Origin: Candidatus Latescibacterota bacterium | Lineage (GTDB): Bacteria > Latescibacterota > UBA2968 > UBA8231 | Assembly (NCBI GenBank): GCA_965219385.1 | Contig: CBDCNM010000001.1 | Span: 484,631-548,630 of the forward strand | Length of the DNA: 64,000 nt | Direction: 5' to 3' | Shown: positions 17,828 to 26,830 of the stretch, in pieces | How positions within the stretch are numbered: position 1 is the stretch's first letter | Layout: each line of letters starts with the position of its first letter | Made by a program: the position numbers and the translations under genes | Notes under the pieces: generated by a model | Database searches by the model: none | The model's input: only the letters and a program-made list of their open reading frames with translations | What the model was told of the DNA's origin: nothing

Positions 17828-19573
17828 GTGACATCCAAAATTGTCAGCGCCCTGTTTTGCGGCTTCTTCCTGGCCCTGCCGGCCAGGGCCGGAACCCTCA
17901 TCCAGCAGGCCCTGGAGGCCGGTGTCCTGGACCTGGAGACGGCCTTGCTCTACCAGGTCTATGCGGTGCGCGATCCGCAGGCCCTGCCCGAGGAATACCG
18001 CCCAACCCTGGGGCATGCTTTCTGTGGGACCCCTCTGGTGAGTGCGGTGTACAATGCTCGTATGCAGCTGAGTGGTCCCCAACAAAAGCGCCTGGCCAAA
18101 GCCCTGGCCCGACCGGTGTTGCCCCAGCGGCACATGAGCCCGTCCGGGCGCTTCCAGATTCACTATACCCTGGAAGGTCGGGGGCAGGTGGACACCACGG
18201 ACCAGGACGACAACGGGATTCCGGACTACATTGACGCGGTGACCGGGGTTCTGGACAGCACCTGGACGTTGCAGGTGGATAGTCTGGGCTATAGGCCCCC
18301 GCCCAGCGATCGGGGGTTGGGCGGGGGCAATCAGTACGATGTCTACATCGTGGATTTGGGCCCCCAGAGGGTCTACGGGCTGGCCTGGCCGGAGAACATG
18401 TCGGGTTTTTCTTCCCACAGCTACCTCGAGCTGGACAACAATTACACCGATACAGCCTACGAGCGGACCCGCGGTCTGGACGCCTTGCGGGTGTCGATTG
18501 CCCACGAGTTTTTCCACGCCATCCACTTTGCCTATTACACGGGCAACGACTCGAACTGGTGGCGCGAGGCAACCAGTACCTGGATGGAAGAAGTGGCCTA
18601 TCCCGAGGTAGACGACTACCTGCAGTACGTGTCCTACTTTCTGAGTGCGCCCGGCTTGCCGCTGGACGCCGACAGCGGCGAAAGAATCTACGGAGCTTCG
18701 CTCTTCGCCCACTTTCTGGATCAGCGCTACCAGCGCGATCTGATCCGGGCGATATGGGAGGAGGTGAGCCAGCGGCGCAGCGGTGATATGGGGCACTTTG
18801 ACCATGCCATACTCCAGGCCACTCAGGACCGTCTGGGGGAGGCGGTGAGCGAGTTTGCGGTGTGGAACTACTTCACCGGAGAGCGCCACAGGAAAGGTTG
18901 GTTTTACCGGGAGGGCGAGAAGTACCACCAGGTGCATGTTACCCCCCTTGATACGCCTCCCAGGTCCACGGTCCTGGACAGCGGCCGGGTGGGACACCTG
19001 GCCAGCGCCTATATCCGGCTGGATCCGCAGCTGCACTCCGGGGGGGTGGTGCTGGAGACGGATCTTCCACGCGGGCGCTGGAGCCGGCAACTCTTGCTGG
19101 TCTCTCCCGACAGCCTGGAAGTACGGCCTATGAGGCGCAATCCGGAGCGGATTTACCGCTGGGACGAATACGACGAGATCGTTCTGGTCCTGGTGAACGA
19201 AGACCTTGGAGGGGTTGGCTACCAGTACCTGGTTGCGGTGGAATACGATCCCGACCTGACGGACAGGGAGCTTCCCCTGACGTTTCGCTTGCGGCAGAGC
19301 TTCCCCAATCCTTTCAGGCCATCCGTGCACCAGACCACGGCCTTGCCTTTTGATTTGAGTGTACCCAGCCTGAGCACCCGGCTCTCCATTTTTGCGGTGG
19401 ATGGCCGGCTGGTGCGGAGTTACGATCTGGGCCGTCTGAGGGCTGCCTCCCACACCCGGTTCTCCTGGGACGGACGCAACGCAAAGGGAGAACTGGTGGG
19501 GTCGGGCCTGTACTATTACGTGCTTGAGGCGGATCAGCACAGGGCGCAGGGCACCCTGGCCGTCGTTCGATAG
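17828..19573 (+). CDS. Secreted zinc metalloprotease (MXAN_6640-like) with C-terminal FlgD-Ig/sorting domain
   Basis: Signal peptide, AHEFFHAIH + WWREATSTWMEE, DQDDNGIPD, C-terminal FPNPF..GRLVR..WDGRN..SGLYYY. Confidence 0.8.
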   Translation: MTSKIVSALFCGFFLALPARAGTLIQQALEAGVLDLETALLYQVYAVRDPQALPEEYRPTLGHAFCGTPLVSAVYNARMQLSGPQQKRLAKALARPVLPQRHMSPSGRFQIHYTLEGRGQVDTTDQDDNGIPDYIDAVTGVLDSTWTLQVDSLGYRPPPSDRGLGGGNQYDVYIVDLGPQRVYGLAWPENMSGFSSHSYLELDNNYTDTAYERTRGLDALRVSIAHEFFHAIHFAYYTGNDSNWWREATSTWMEEVAYPEVDDYLQYVSYFLSAPGLPLDADSGERIYGASLFAHFLDQRYQRDLIRAIWEEVSQRRSGDMGHFDHAILQATQDRLGEAVSEFAVWNYFTGERHRKGWFYREGEKYHQVHVTPLDTPPRSTVLDSGRVGHLASAYIRLDPQLHSGGVVLETDLPRGRWSRQLLLVSPDSLEVRPMRRNPERIYRWDEYDEIVLVLVNEDLGGVGYQYLVAVEYDPDLTDRELPLTFRLRQSFPNPFRPSVHQTTALPFDLSVPSLSTRLSIFAVDGRLVRSYDLGRLRAASHTRFSWDGRNAKGELVGSGLYYYVLEADQHRAQGTLAVVR

Positions 19574-19610
19574 GAGTAGATAAATGTCCCGCAGGTTTTC
19601 TTGCCCCGGC

Positions 19611-20741
19611 TCAGATATCCGCGACCGAATGGTCCTCGGGATCCCGCCGCATATTGCGCAGGGGCCACTCCGTCGCCCGGTGGGCCTCCAGGCCGCCCTC
19701 GTCGATCTCGATCCCCAGGCCCGGGCCCTGGGGCAGTTCGATATAGCCCTCTCTGGCCTGCAGGGGCTCTTTGAACAGGCCTTCGCCGCCGCCGCGGCCA
19801 AACTCCTGGATGAGGAAATTCGGGGTGCCGGCCATGGCCTGGATGGAAGCGGCCAGTCCGATTGGATCCGCGGCGTTGTGGGGGGCGACGGCGATCTCGT
19901 GAATTTCGGCTAAATTGGCTATCTTCTTCATTTCGAGGATGCCGCCGCAGTGGCGGACATCGGGCTGAATCACGGCCGCGGCCTTGCGTTCGCAGATCTC
20001 CCGGAAACCCCAGCGGGTGGTGCACCGCTCGCCAGTGGCAATGGGAATGTGGGTGGTGCGGGCGACTTCGAGGAGGGGACCGACATTGTCGGGTATGGCC
20101 TTGGTGGGCTCTTCGACGAACATGGGTTTGTAGGGCGCCAGTTCTCGCAGCAGGACCCGGGCCATGGCCGGACTCACTGCGCGATGGAAGTCAATGGCGA
20201 TATCTATTTGCGGTCCAACGGTTTCTCGTATGGCTGCTATCCGGGCTACGATCTTCTCGATCACGGCCGGGGTATCGATGTGGCGCACTGTTTCGGAGAA
20301 GGGGGTCACCTTGAGGGCGGTGAAGCCCTTGGCGACCACCTCGCGGGCATTTTCAGCGCAATCCTGCGCGGTGAGGCCCCCGGCCGAGCCGTAGACCCGG
20401 ATGCGGTCGCGGCAGGAGCCGCCCAGGAGCCGCCACAGCGGCGCGTCCAGGGACTTGCCCAGGATGTCCAGGCAGGCGTGCTCAATGCCGCTGAGGGCGG
20501 AGAGCAGGATGGGCATCTGGCGGCTGTAGCTGGAGCGGAACAGGGCTTGCCAGTGGTCCTCGATCTGACGGGGGTCGCGGCCGATGAGATAGTCGCCCAT
20601 GTCGTGGATGGCGCGTTCCACTGTGCGGCCGTGTTCGTAGTTCATGGGAGAACCGTAGCCCACCAGGCCGGCATCGGTGTGGACCTTGAGCAGGAGGCCG
20701 CGCTGTACGAGGTGGATAACTTCGAAGCGGGTGATTTTCAT
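19611..20741 (-). CDS. dgoD: Mandelate racemase/enolase family dehydratase, galactonate dehydratase-like
   Basis: MKITRFE, AIDFH, FVEEP, IATGER, IQPDVRHCGGI, APHN. Substrate unproven. Confidence 0.75.
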   Translation of the reverse strand: MKITRFEVIHLVQRGLLLKVHTDAGLVGYGSPMNYEHGRTVERAIHDMGDYLIGRDPRQIEDHWQALFRSSYSRQMPILLSALSGIEHACLDILGKSLDAPLWRLLGGSCRDRIRVYGSAGGLTAQDCAENAREVVAKGFTALKVTPFSETVRHIDTPAVIEKIVARIAAIRETVGPQIDIAIDFHRAVSPAMARVLLRELAPYKPMFVEEPTKAIPDNVGPLLEVARTTHIPIATGERCTTRWGFREICERKAAAVIQPDVRHCGGILEMKKIANLAEIHEIAVAPHNAADPIGLAASIQAMAGTPNFLIQEFGRGGGEGLFKEPLQAREGYIELPQGPGLGIEIDEGGLEAHRATEWPLRNMRRDPEDHSVADI

Positions 20742-20782
20742 GGCTTAGGGGCTCTAAATATCCGGGGTTAGTTACGGCTTTC

Positions 20783-21433
20783 TCAGAGAGAGGCAGAACC
20801 GCGGGATTCGACTTCGAGGCGGCGTCGCGGACGATCCGGCCGCAGGCTTTTGCGCACCATGTCGCCATAGGCGAAAATCGGTGGAGTTTCTCTGTTGGCG
20901 ACCTTGGCCTGATCGTCGAAGCGCCGCAGGTCCAGTGCCTGTTGCAGGTAGAGATTTTCCTCCAGCAAGGTGCGCTCTTCGTCCGCCATCCTGCCCCCCT
21001 GGACCTCGAAGCTGCGTTTCGATCCCTCTGACAAACCATTGTAATAGGTGGGGTCTACGGTGCAGAGATACCGCTTTGCGGGTACGTGTAGCCGAATCGG
21101 TTCGGTCACTTCCGGCGGAAAGTACGGGGCCAGAAAAGTAGCGCCGATTTCTTCGTGGTTGAGGTCTTCTTCGAGAAAATCGTTTCTCTGATTGTGCTCA
21201 TCGACCAGTAGATGGCCGATGTCGTGGAATAGTGCGGCCGTGACGGCCCGAGCCCCACTGTCCCGCGCATTGGCCAGCGCCGCGCTCTGAAGTCCATGCT
21301 CGAGTTGCGTTACGCTGGGGTCGTAGCGCGACTGGCCGTGATCCCGCATAAAGTCAAAAAGCCGATCCACAAACTGATCGTCCGTCGTCCCGGCCAACTG
21401 CTTCTGTAGGGTCTCGATAACCATATTTGGCAT
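20783..21433 (-). CDS. phnZ: HD-domain oxygenase, PhnZ-like (phosphonate C-P cleavage)
   Basis: TQLEHGLQSA, FHDIGHL, HEEIGA, LHVPAKRYL, LRRFDDQAK; coupled to an upstream PhyH gene. Confidence 0.8.
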   Translation of the reverse strand: MPNMVIETLQKQLAGTTDDQFVDRLFDFMRDHGQSRYDPSVTQLEHGLQSAALANARDSGARAVTAALFHDIGHLLVDEHNQRNDFLEEDLNHEEIGATFLAPYFPPEVTEPIRLHVPAKRYLCTVDPTYYNGLSEGSKRSFEVQGGRMADEERTLLEENLYLQQALDLRRFDDQAKVANRETPPIFAYGDMVRKSLRPDRPRRRLEVESRGSASL

Positions 21434-22233
21434 CAGTCAATACCCTTTCCCTGGAAATGGCCAATCGTGCTGATGCGCGGACTCTCGATGCCCGCAGCCG
21501 CATATTCAGCCAGCACACGGCGTTTGTCGGAATAATATGCCTCGCGCAGGTCGCCCTCGCTCGTCCTGTTATACGTGACATAGAGGACGCGGCGCGGATG
21601 GTCGGAGGTGTTGGGGCTGCTGCGGTGGGGAATGAACGAACTGAAGAAGAGGACCCCCCCCAGTTGTACGGGGGCCGGCTTCCACTCGAAGCGGGCGGCT
21701 ATGTCCTCGGCAATGCAGCCGTTTTCATCCCGGCCGATGAAGCCTTCGCGATGGCGACCCGGAACGAAGCTGAGGCACCCGTTATTGATATCGGCATCAT
21801 CAATGGCGACGAGGCAGGTAATATGCTTGCCGCCATATTTGTAGGCTGGAGCGTCCTGGTGTGGGGCGTATCCCCCCCCGCCCGGGTACTTGTAGTTGAT
21901 CTTCTCCTTGAAGACCGCAGCCGGCTCACCGAATAGCTGGGATATGGCCTCGACAATCGGGCCCTGGGTCAGCAACTGGCGCATCCCGTCGTGATAGGGG
22001 ATGAAATTCTCGCTGCGCGACAGGGCGGGGCCACGATCCGTCATCTCATGGTGGTGCATCCAGCGGTTCTCCGTCTTCGGCCACAGAGCGATCTCATCCA
22101 CCCACCCGGACAACGGGGCCTTCTGACCGGCCGTCAAAAACGCATCGACGGAGAGGTATCCTTCGCGCCGATAGGTTTCAAGTTGCAAATCGGTCAACGG
22201 GCCGTGCATCGGGATCGATCCTTTCTGGTTCAT
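21433..22233 (-). CDS. Fe(II)/2OG dioxygenase, phytanoyl-CoA dioxygenase family, PhnY*-like
   Basis: KEKINYKYPGGGGYAPHQD, NGCL, PHRSSPN, RRVLYVTYN; stop overlaps the phnZ start. Confidence 0.8.
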   Translation of the reverse strand: MNQKGSIPMHGPLTDLQLETYRREGYLSVDAFLTAGQKAPLSGWVDEIALWPKTENRWMHHHEMTDRGPALSRSENFIPYHDGMRQLLTQGPIVEAISQLFGEPAAVFKEKINYKYPGGGGYAPHQDAPAYKYGGKHITCLVAIDDADINNGCLSFVPGRHREGFIGRDENGCIAEDIAARFEWKPAPVQLGGVLFFSSFIPHRSSPNTSDHPRRVLYVTYNRTSEGDLREAYYSDKRRVLAEYAAAGIESPRISTIGHFQGKGID

Positions 22234-22293
22234 CCCATAGAGGTATAATAATGGCCCTCTCTTAGAGACGGGGCTGCAATGCAGAGTAATAAT

Positions 22294-22348
22294 AATATAT
22301 ATGAAAAAATTGTCACGGAAATATATATGAAAAAATTGTCACGGAAAT
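22294..22348. repeat. Perfect 26-bp tandem duplication
   Basis: AATATATATGAAAAAATTGTCACGGA x2 (+AAT) upstream of the phnY*-like gene. Confidence 0.95.
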
Positions 22349-22402
22349 CTCACCATGAGATCGCTGGGAAACTCCGGCTGAGTTGGGCTTGTCTGAACAG
22401 GG

Positions 22403-23131
22403 CTAGCCGATCATATCCTTCATCTGGGCCGCCACCCAGTTGATGGCATAGTCGGCCATGACGCGTCCTTTGTGCGCGGTGGCCAGGTCGCGGGCATCCT
22501 GGAAGTAGACCGGGTCCTTGTCGCGGTAGCCCTCGCTCTGGATGTCCAGATTGGCCTTCTCGTAATCCACCCCCTCCCAGTGGACGTTTTCCGGAAAGGC
22601 GGCGTGGGCGAAGGAGGTCTCGAATTCGGCGGCGTGGGCCGGGGCTTGGCCCGATTCCATGTGCTCTTTGATATACTCCTCGGAGTAAGCTTCCCAGTAG
22701 GAGTGGAAACGCACCTCGATCCCCAGGCGCTGGCGGAAATCGTCCATGTGCTGTTTCAGAGGGCCGTTGCCGGCGTGGCCGTTGATGATCAGGATGTGCT
22801 CGATACCGTGGCGGCGCAGACTGTCGCAGATATCGTAGGCCACCCTGGCAAAGGTGTCCGGTTGCAAGCTCAGGGTGCCGGGGAATTCCATCCAGTGCTC
22901 GGATATGCCCACGGCGATGGGGGTGGCGACCACGACCTGGGGGTAGAGTTCCAGGGCGGCCTGATGAGATACGTAGAGGGCGCTGGCCGCGTCGTGCTCC
23001 ATGGCCAGGTGTTCATTGTGTTGTTCGGTGCTGCCGGTGGGCAGGATAGCCCCCTTGATTTGATGGTTTGCCAGGCCCTCGCGCACCTGCCGACGGGTCA
23101 GCTTCCACAACCGCACTTCACCAATTTGCAT
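22403..23131 (-). CDS. Creatininase family amidohydrolase
   Basis: LPTGSTEQHNEHL, GISEHW, INGHAGN, HAAEFETS. Confidence 0.92.
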   Translation of the reverse strand: MQIGEVRLWKLTRRQVREGLANHQIKGAILPTGSTEQHNEHLAMEHDAASALYVSHQAALELYPQVVVATPIAVGISEHWMEFPGTLSLQPDTFARVAYDICDSLRRHGIEHILIINGHAGNGPLKQHMDDFRQRLGIEVRFHSYWEAYSEEYIKEHMESGQAPAHAAEFETSFAHAAFPENVHWEGVDYEKANLDIQSEGYRDKDPVYFQDARDLATAHKGRVMADYAINWVAAQMKDMIG

Positions 23132-23153
23132 GGCGATCTCCTTTTTTTACGGG

Positions 23154-23182
23154 TTGACAGACAAAAAGCTAGAACGTATCAT
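23154..23182 (+). promoter_or_regulatory. Sigma70-type promoter for the CocE/NonD gene
   Basis: TTGACA-N17-TATCAT. Confidence 0.65.
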
Positions 23183-23226
23183 GCAAAAATCCTTCCTTTG
23201 CGGCAAGCCCGTTTTGTACAAGGAGA

Positions 23227-25137
23227 TTGACTAAAGTGGAAAATACCTCCCAGGCCGGCCACGACGTGGTCGTCCTCCGCAATGTTATGGTCCCGGCCAG
23301 CGATGGGGTGCAGCTGGCCACCGACCTGTACTTCCCGGCCGTCCAGGGTTCCGCCGTGTCGGGGGCATTTCCCGTGCTCCTGCATCGAACCCCGTACGAC
23401 AAGAGCCAGGTAGAGGAGAGGTTGGGGTATTGCCGGTTTTTCGCCCGGCACGGCTATATCGCCGTGATCCAGGACTGTCGCGGGACCTTCAATTCCGGGG
23501 GCGATGTGGATTTTCTGGTGCCCGAGGCCGAGGATGGCTTTGCTACCATGGAGTGGATCGGGCGCCAGGCCTGGTGCAATGGCAAGGTGGGGACCTGGGG
23601 GACCTCGTGGGCCGGCTGGACCCAGACGGCCCTGGCCGCCCTGGGCCCCGAAAACCTGGCGTCCATGATCCCGAATATGAGCGGCGCCCTGGGCTACGAA
23701 AGCTCCATCCGCCACGGCGGTGCCCTGGAATTGCGCTTTCTGGCCTGGGCCTTCTGGCACTCGGCAACCAACACCCAGGCAAAGCTCAAGGCCGCCCCCG
23801 GCGTGGATGCGGCCCTGAACTTCGGCGCCCCATCCTTTAAAGACTGGCTGCAGCGCATGCCCATCCGCAAAGGCCAGACGCAACTCAAGCTGGTGCCGCC
23901 GTACGAGAATTGGGCCTTTAAAATCCTGACCGAGTCCGACTTCACCCAGTACTGGAAACACCCGAGCCTGGCGCCGGCCCTGTACTGGGACGATTTTCCG
24001 GATGTGCCCATCCTGTTGATCGGGGGCTGGTACGACTCCTATACCCGCGCTACCTTCCAGAACTTTGTGGGCCTTTCGCAGGACAGGAAGGGGCCGGTTC
24101 GGGTCCTGGTGGGACCCTGGATCCATGGCTACGAGACCGTGGAGCAGAACTGGGCGGGGGATGTGGAGTTTGGTGGGGAAGCGGCCCTGGACAGTTTTCG
24201 CGATCTGCACCTTGAGTGGTTTGGCTGGACCTTGAAGGGGCTGGACAAAGGTCTGGAGGAGCGCCCCCCAGTGCGGATTTTCGCGATGGGCGGCGGCGGG
24301 GGGCAGCGGACCAGCAGGGGCCATCTTTTTCACGGTGGATACTGGCGCGACGAATGGGAATGGCCGCTTGCCCGCACCCGCTATACCACGTATTACATGC
24401 ACGGGGATGGAAGGCTTTCGACCGAGATGCCCGCGGACGACAGGGCGAGTACCACCTACTGCTTCAATCCCGCCCACCCGGTGCCTTCAATCGGCGGCAA
24501 TGTCTCGGCGATGTCGGAACTCAAGCCAATGCCCCCCGGAGTGACGGATCCGGCCTATGCGCCGCGCAACATCCGGGTCCAGGATATCATGGCCGCCGGC
24601 GGTTTCGATCAGGTGGAAGCCCCCCAGTTCTGGGGCTGCGAAGCGCCCTATCTGCCCCTGGGGTCGCGCCGGGATGTCCTGGTATTTCAGACCCCGCCGC
24701 TGGCGACGGCGGTGGAAATCACCGGGCCGATCGAGGTGCTGTTGTGGGTTTCATCAACGGCGGTGGATACGGATTTTACCGCCAAGCTTATCGATGTGTA
24801 CCCGCCCAGCGAGTGGTACCCCAGCGGCTACGCCCTCAATCTTTCGGACAGCATCGTGCGGCTGCGCTACCGGAATGGAGCGGAACGGGCCGAATTTCTT
24901 CCTGTCGGGGAAGCGGTCGAGATAAAGATCGCCCTGTATCCCACCAGCAATCTTTTTGTTGCGGACCATCGAATTCGCCTGGATATCTCGAGCTCAAATT
25001 TCCCGCGCTTCGACGTAAATCCCAACACCGGCGAGCCCATCGGGTTGGAGCGCCGGATGGTGACGGCGGACAATACGGTGTACCACAATGCCTTGAGGCC
25101 GTCCCGCGTTGTGCTTCCGGTAATTCCCATGGAATGA
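23227..25137 (+). CDS. CocE/NonD family hydrolase (peptidase S15)
   Basis: RTPYDK, QDCRG, GTSW nucleophile elbow, GGWYD, GPWIHG, SSSNFPRFDVNPNTG. Confidence 0.93.
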   Translation: MTKVENTSQAGHDVVVLRNVMVPASDGVQLATDLYFPAVQGSAVSGAFPVLLHRTPYDKSQVEERLGYCRFFARHGYIAVIQDCRGTFNSGGDVDFLVPEAEDGFATMEWIGRQAWCNGKVGTWGTSWAGWTQTALAALGPENLASMIPNMSGALGYESSIRHGGALELRFLAWAFWHSATNTQAKLKAAPGVDAALNFGAPSFKDWLQRMPIRKGQTQLKLVPPYENWAFKILTESDFTQYWKHPSLAPALYWDDFPDVPILLIGGWYDSYTRATFQNFVGLSQDRKGPVRVLVGPWIHGYETVEQNWAGDVEFGGEAALDSFRDLHLEWFGWTLKGLDKGLEERPPVRIFAMGGGGGQRTSRGHLFHGGYWRDEWEWPLARTRYTTYYMHGDGRLSTEMPADDRASTTYCFNPAHPVPSIGGNVSAMSELKPMPPGVTDPAYAPRNIRVQDIMAAGGFDQVEAPQFWGCEAPYLPLGSRRDVLVFQTPPLATAVEITGPIEVLLWVSSTAVDTDFTAKLIDVYPPSEWYPSGYALNLSDSIVRLRYRNGAERAEFLPVGEAVEIKIALYPTSNLFVADHRIRLDISSSNFPRFDVNPNTGEPIGLERRMVTADNTVYHNALRPSRVVLPVIPME

Positions 25138-25168
25138 TCGAGTCGCAGGAGGGGCCGCAACAAAATTC

Positions 25169-25197
25169 TTGATGTTTCTTATTTCACGCCGTATCGT
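25169..25197 (+). promoter_or_regulatory. Possible sigma70 promoter for the NCS1 permease operon
   Basis: TTGATG-N17-TATCGT, about 120 nt before the start codon. Confidence 0.4.
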
Positions 25198-25318
25198 ACT
25201 GCACAGAAGCGGTCTCATAACTGGCTTTGCGGCCCGAAAGCGAGCGAGAAAGCCGTGGGCAAGGCCGTAAAGTTGCACGCGGGTTGACGCGAACCGGTTT
25301 CTGGAAGGAGGTCCTGTC

Positions 25319-26668
25319 TTGGCTGAATCAGATGGAAGCTCAAAGGAAATTGCTCTGGTAGGGGATGCGGCAAGATCCAAGCTACCGCTTTCCCACCGGC
25401 TTGGGTTCTGGAACAACTCCTTCATATTGTGGGGGTGGGTCCTGGTCCTGTCCAGTTTTATGGTGGGGGGCATCGTGGGCGACGTATTTCCGCTGCAGAT
25501 GTCCATGCCGATCATTTTTTTCGGCACCCTGTGCAACGGCATCGTGGGCGTGCTGATAGGGTCGGCAGCGGCTCGAACCGGCTATTCCAGCGCTCTCCTT
25601 TTCCGCTACACCTACGGCCGCAAGGGGGTCGTCCTGCCCAATGTGCTCATGGGGCTGACCAATATGGGCTGGTTCGCCCTGATTCTCAACATCACCCGGG
25701 ATGGTTTTGTCGCCGAATACGGGGCCCAGACCGGAGGACTGGTGTGGTGGATCGCCACTATTGTGATCGGCGCCCTCTTCATCCTGCCCGCGGCCATACG
25801 CATCCGCTGGATCGCCTATATCGACTGGTTTGCCGTGCCCGGTTTTCTGGCCATATTCTTTCTGGTGCTGATGACCCTCCTCAAAACCGCGGGAGGATTC
25901 CCGGCGCTGTGGGATAAATGGTCCGATCCGCTCAAGCCGGTCTTTATTGGCTTTGACATGGCGGCCGGGGGCTGGATCGTCGGCGTCACCATCATCGCCG
26001 ACCTGGCCCGGTTCTGGAAGAATGCCAAGCATGCCCTGGTGGGGATCCTGACGGCCTATGTCGGGCTGGTGACCATGCAGTACTGGGGCGGGGCCATTGC
26101 CGCGGCGCATACCGGGGAGTGGAACCCGTTTTTGATAGCCGGTTCCCTGGGGTTGGGTTTTCTGGCCTGGCTGGCCCTGTGGTTCGGGGCCCAGTCCACG
26201 GTACAGGGCGGCACCTATGCGGCGGGCCTGGCCTTTTCAGCGCCGCCCATCCCCATGATCAAGGGGCAGGAATTCACCCGCAGGATCGCCACCATCGGGG
26301 TGGGGATCGTCGGTTTTGTCGGCAGTTTCGTGGGACTGGACAAATTCGCCATGTGGTGGGTCCAGTTCCTCTCCTGGGTGGTGGGGCCGGTCGCCATAAC
26401 CGTCATCCTGGATTACTGGGCCTTTCCGGCAAAAAGGGCGCAGTACGAACGCGCCGACGGGGCGGACATGAACCTCAATCCCGCTGGATTTCTGGCCTGG
26501 GGGGTGGGGTTTGTGGTGGGGTTCTACATCGGCGGTAACGAGTTGTTCAGCGGGCTGTTGAGCTCCATGCTGGCCGCGGGTTTGATTTATTATATCTGGA
26601 TGCGCCTGGCCCTTGCTAGGGGCACCACGCCGGAAGCACAGTTGTTCGGGAAGGAGGGCATGAAATGA
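25319..26668 (+). CDS. NCS1 / cytosine-purine permease family transporter
   Basis: About 12 hydrophobic segments; AARTGYSS..TYGRKG, GWF, ADLARF, ILDYW; AAGGAGG RBS with TTG start. Confidence 0.82.
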   Translation: MAESDGSSKEIALVGDAARSKLPLSHRLGFWNNSFILWGWVLVLSSFMVGGIVGDVFPLQMSMPIIFFGTLCNGIVGVLIGSAAARTGYSSALLFRYTYGRKGVVLPNVLMGLTNMGWFALILNITRDGFVAEYGAQTGGLVWWIATIVIGALFILPAAIRIRWIAYIDWFAVPGFLAIFFLVLMTLLKTAGGFPALWDKWSDPLKPVFIGFDMAAGGWIVGVTIIADLARFWKNAKHALVGILTAYVGLVTMQYWGGAIAAAHTGEWNPFLIAGSLGLGFLAWLALWFGAQSTVQGGTYAAGLAFSAPPIPMIKGQEFTRRIATIGVGIVGFVGSFVGLDKFAMWWVQFLSWVVGPVAITVILDYWAFPAKRAQYERADGADMNLNPAGFLAWGVGFVVGFYIGGNELFSGLLSSMLAAGLIYYIWMRLALARGTTPEAQLFGKEGMK

Positions 26669-26808
26669 CTACCCTGGCCTGGCTCACCATACTTGTGGAG
26701 GTGGTGGTGGCGATCTGGGTGATCCGCCTGGTGTGGAGAACCGAATCGGAGAGGCCCACGGAACAGATCGTGCCCGCCACGGATGAAGAAGTCGAATTGG
26801 TTGGTTAA
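26665..26808 (+). CDS. Small (47 aa) single-pass membrane protein
   Basis: Not in the ORF track. MTTLAWLTILVEVVVAIWVIRLVWRTESERPTEQIVPATDEEVELVG*; ATGA overlap with the permease stop, GGAGG upstream, fills the operon gap. Confidence 0.65.
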   Translation: MTTLAWLTILVEVVVAIWVIRLVWRTESERPTEQIVPATDEEVELVG

Positions 26809-26830
26809 CGCTTTAAAAAGGAGATACTGG

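Noticed and set aside
17607..17831. 74-aa ORF between SCO and the metalloprotease
   Set aside because: No clear RBS or motif; may be a gene remnant but cannot be supported.
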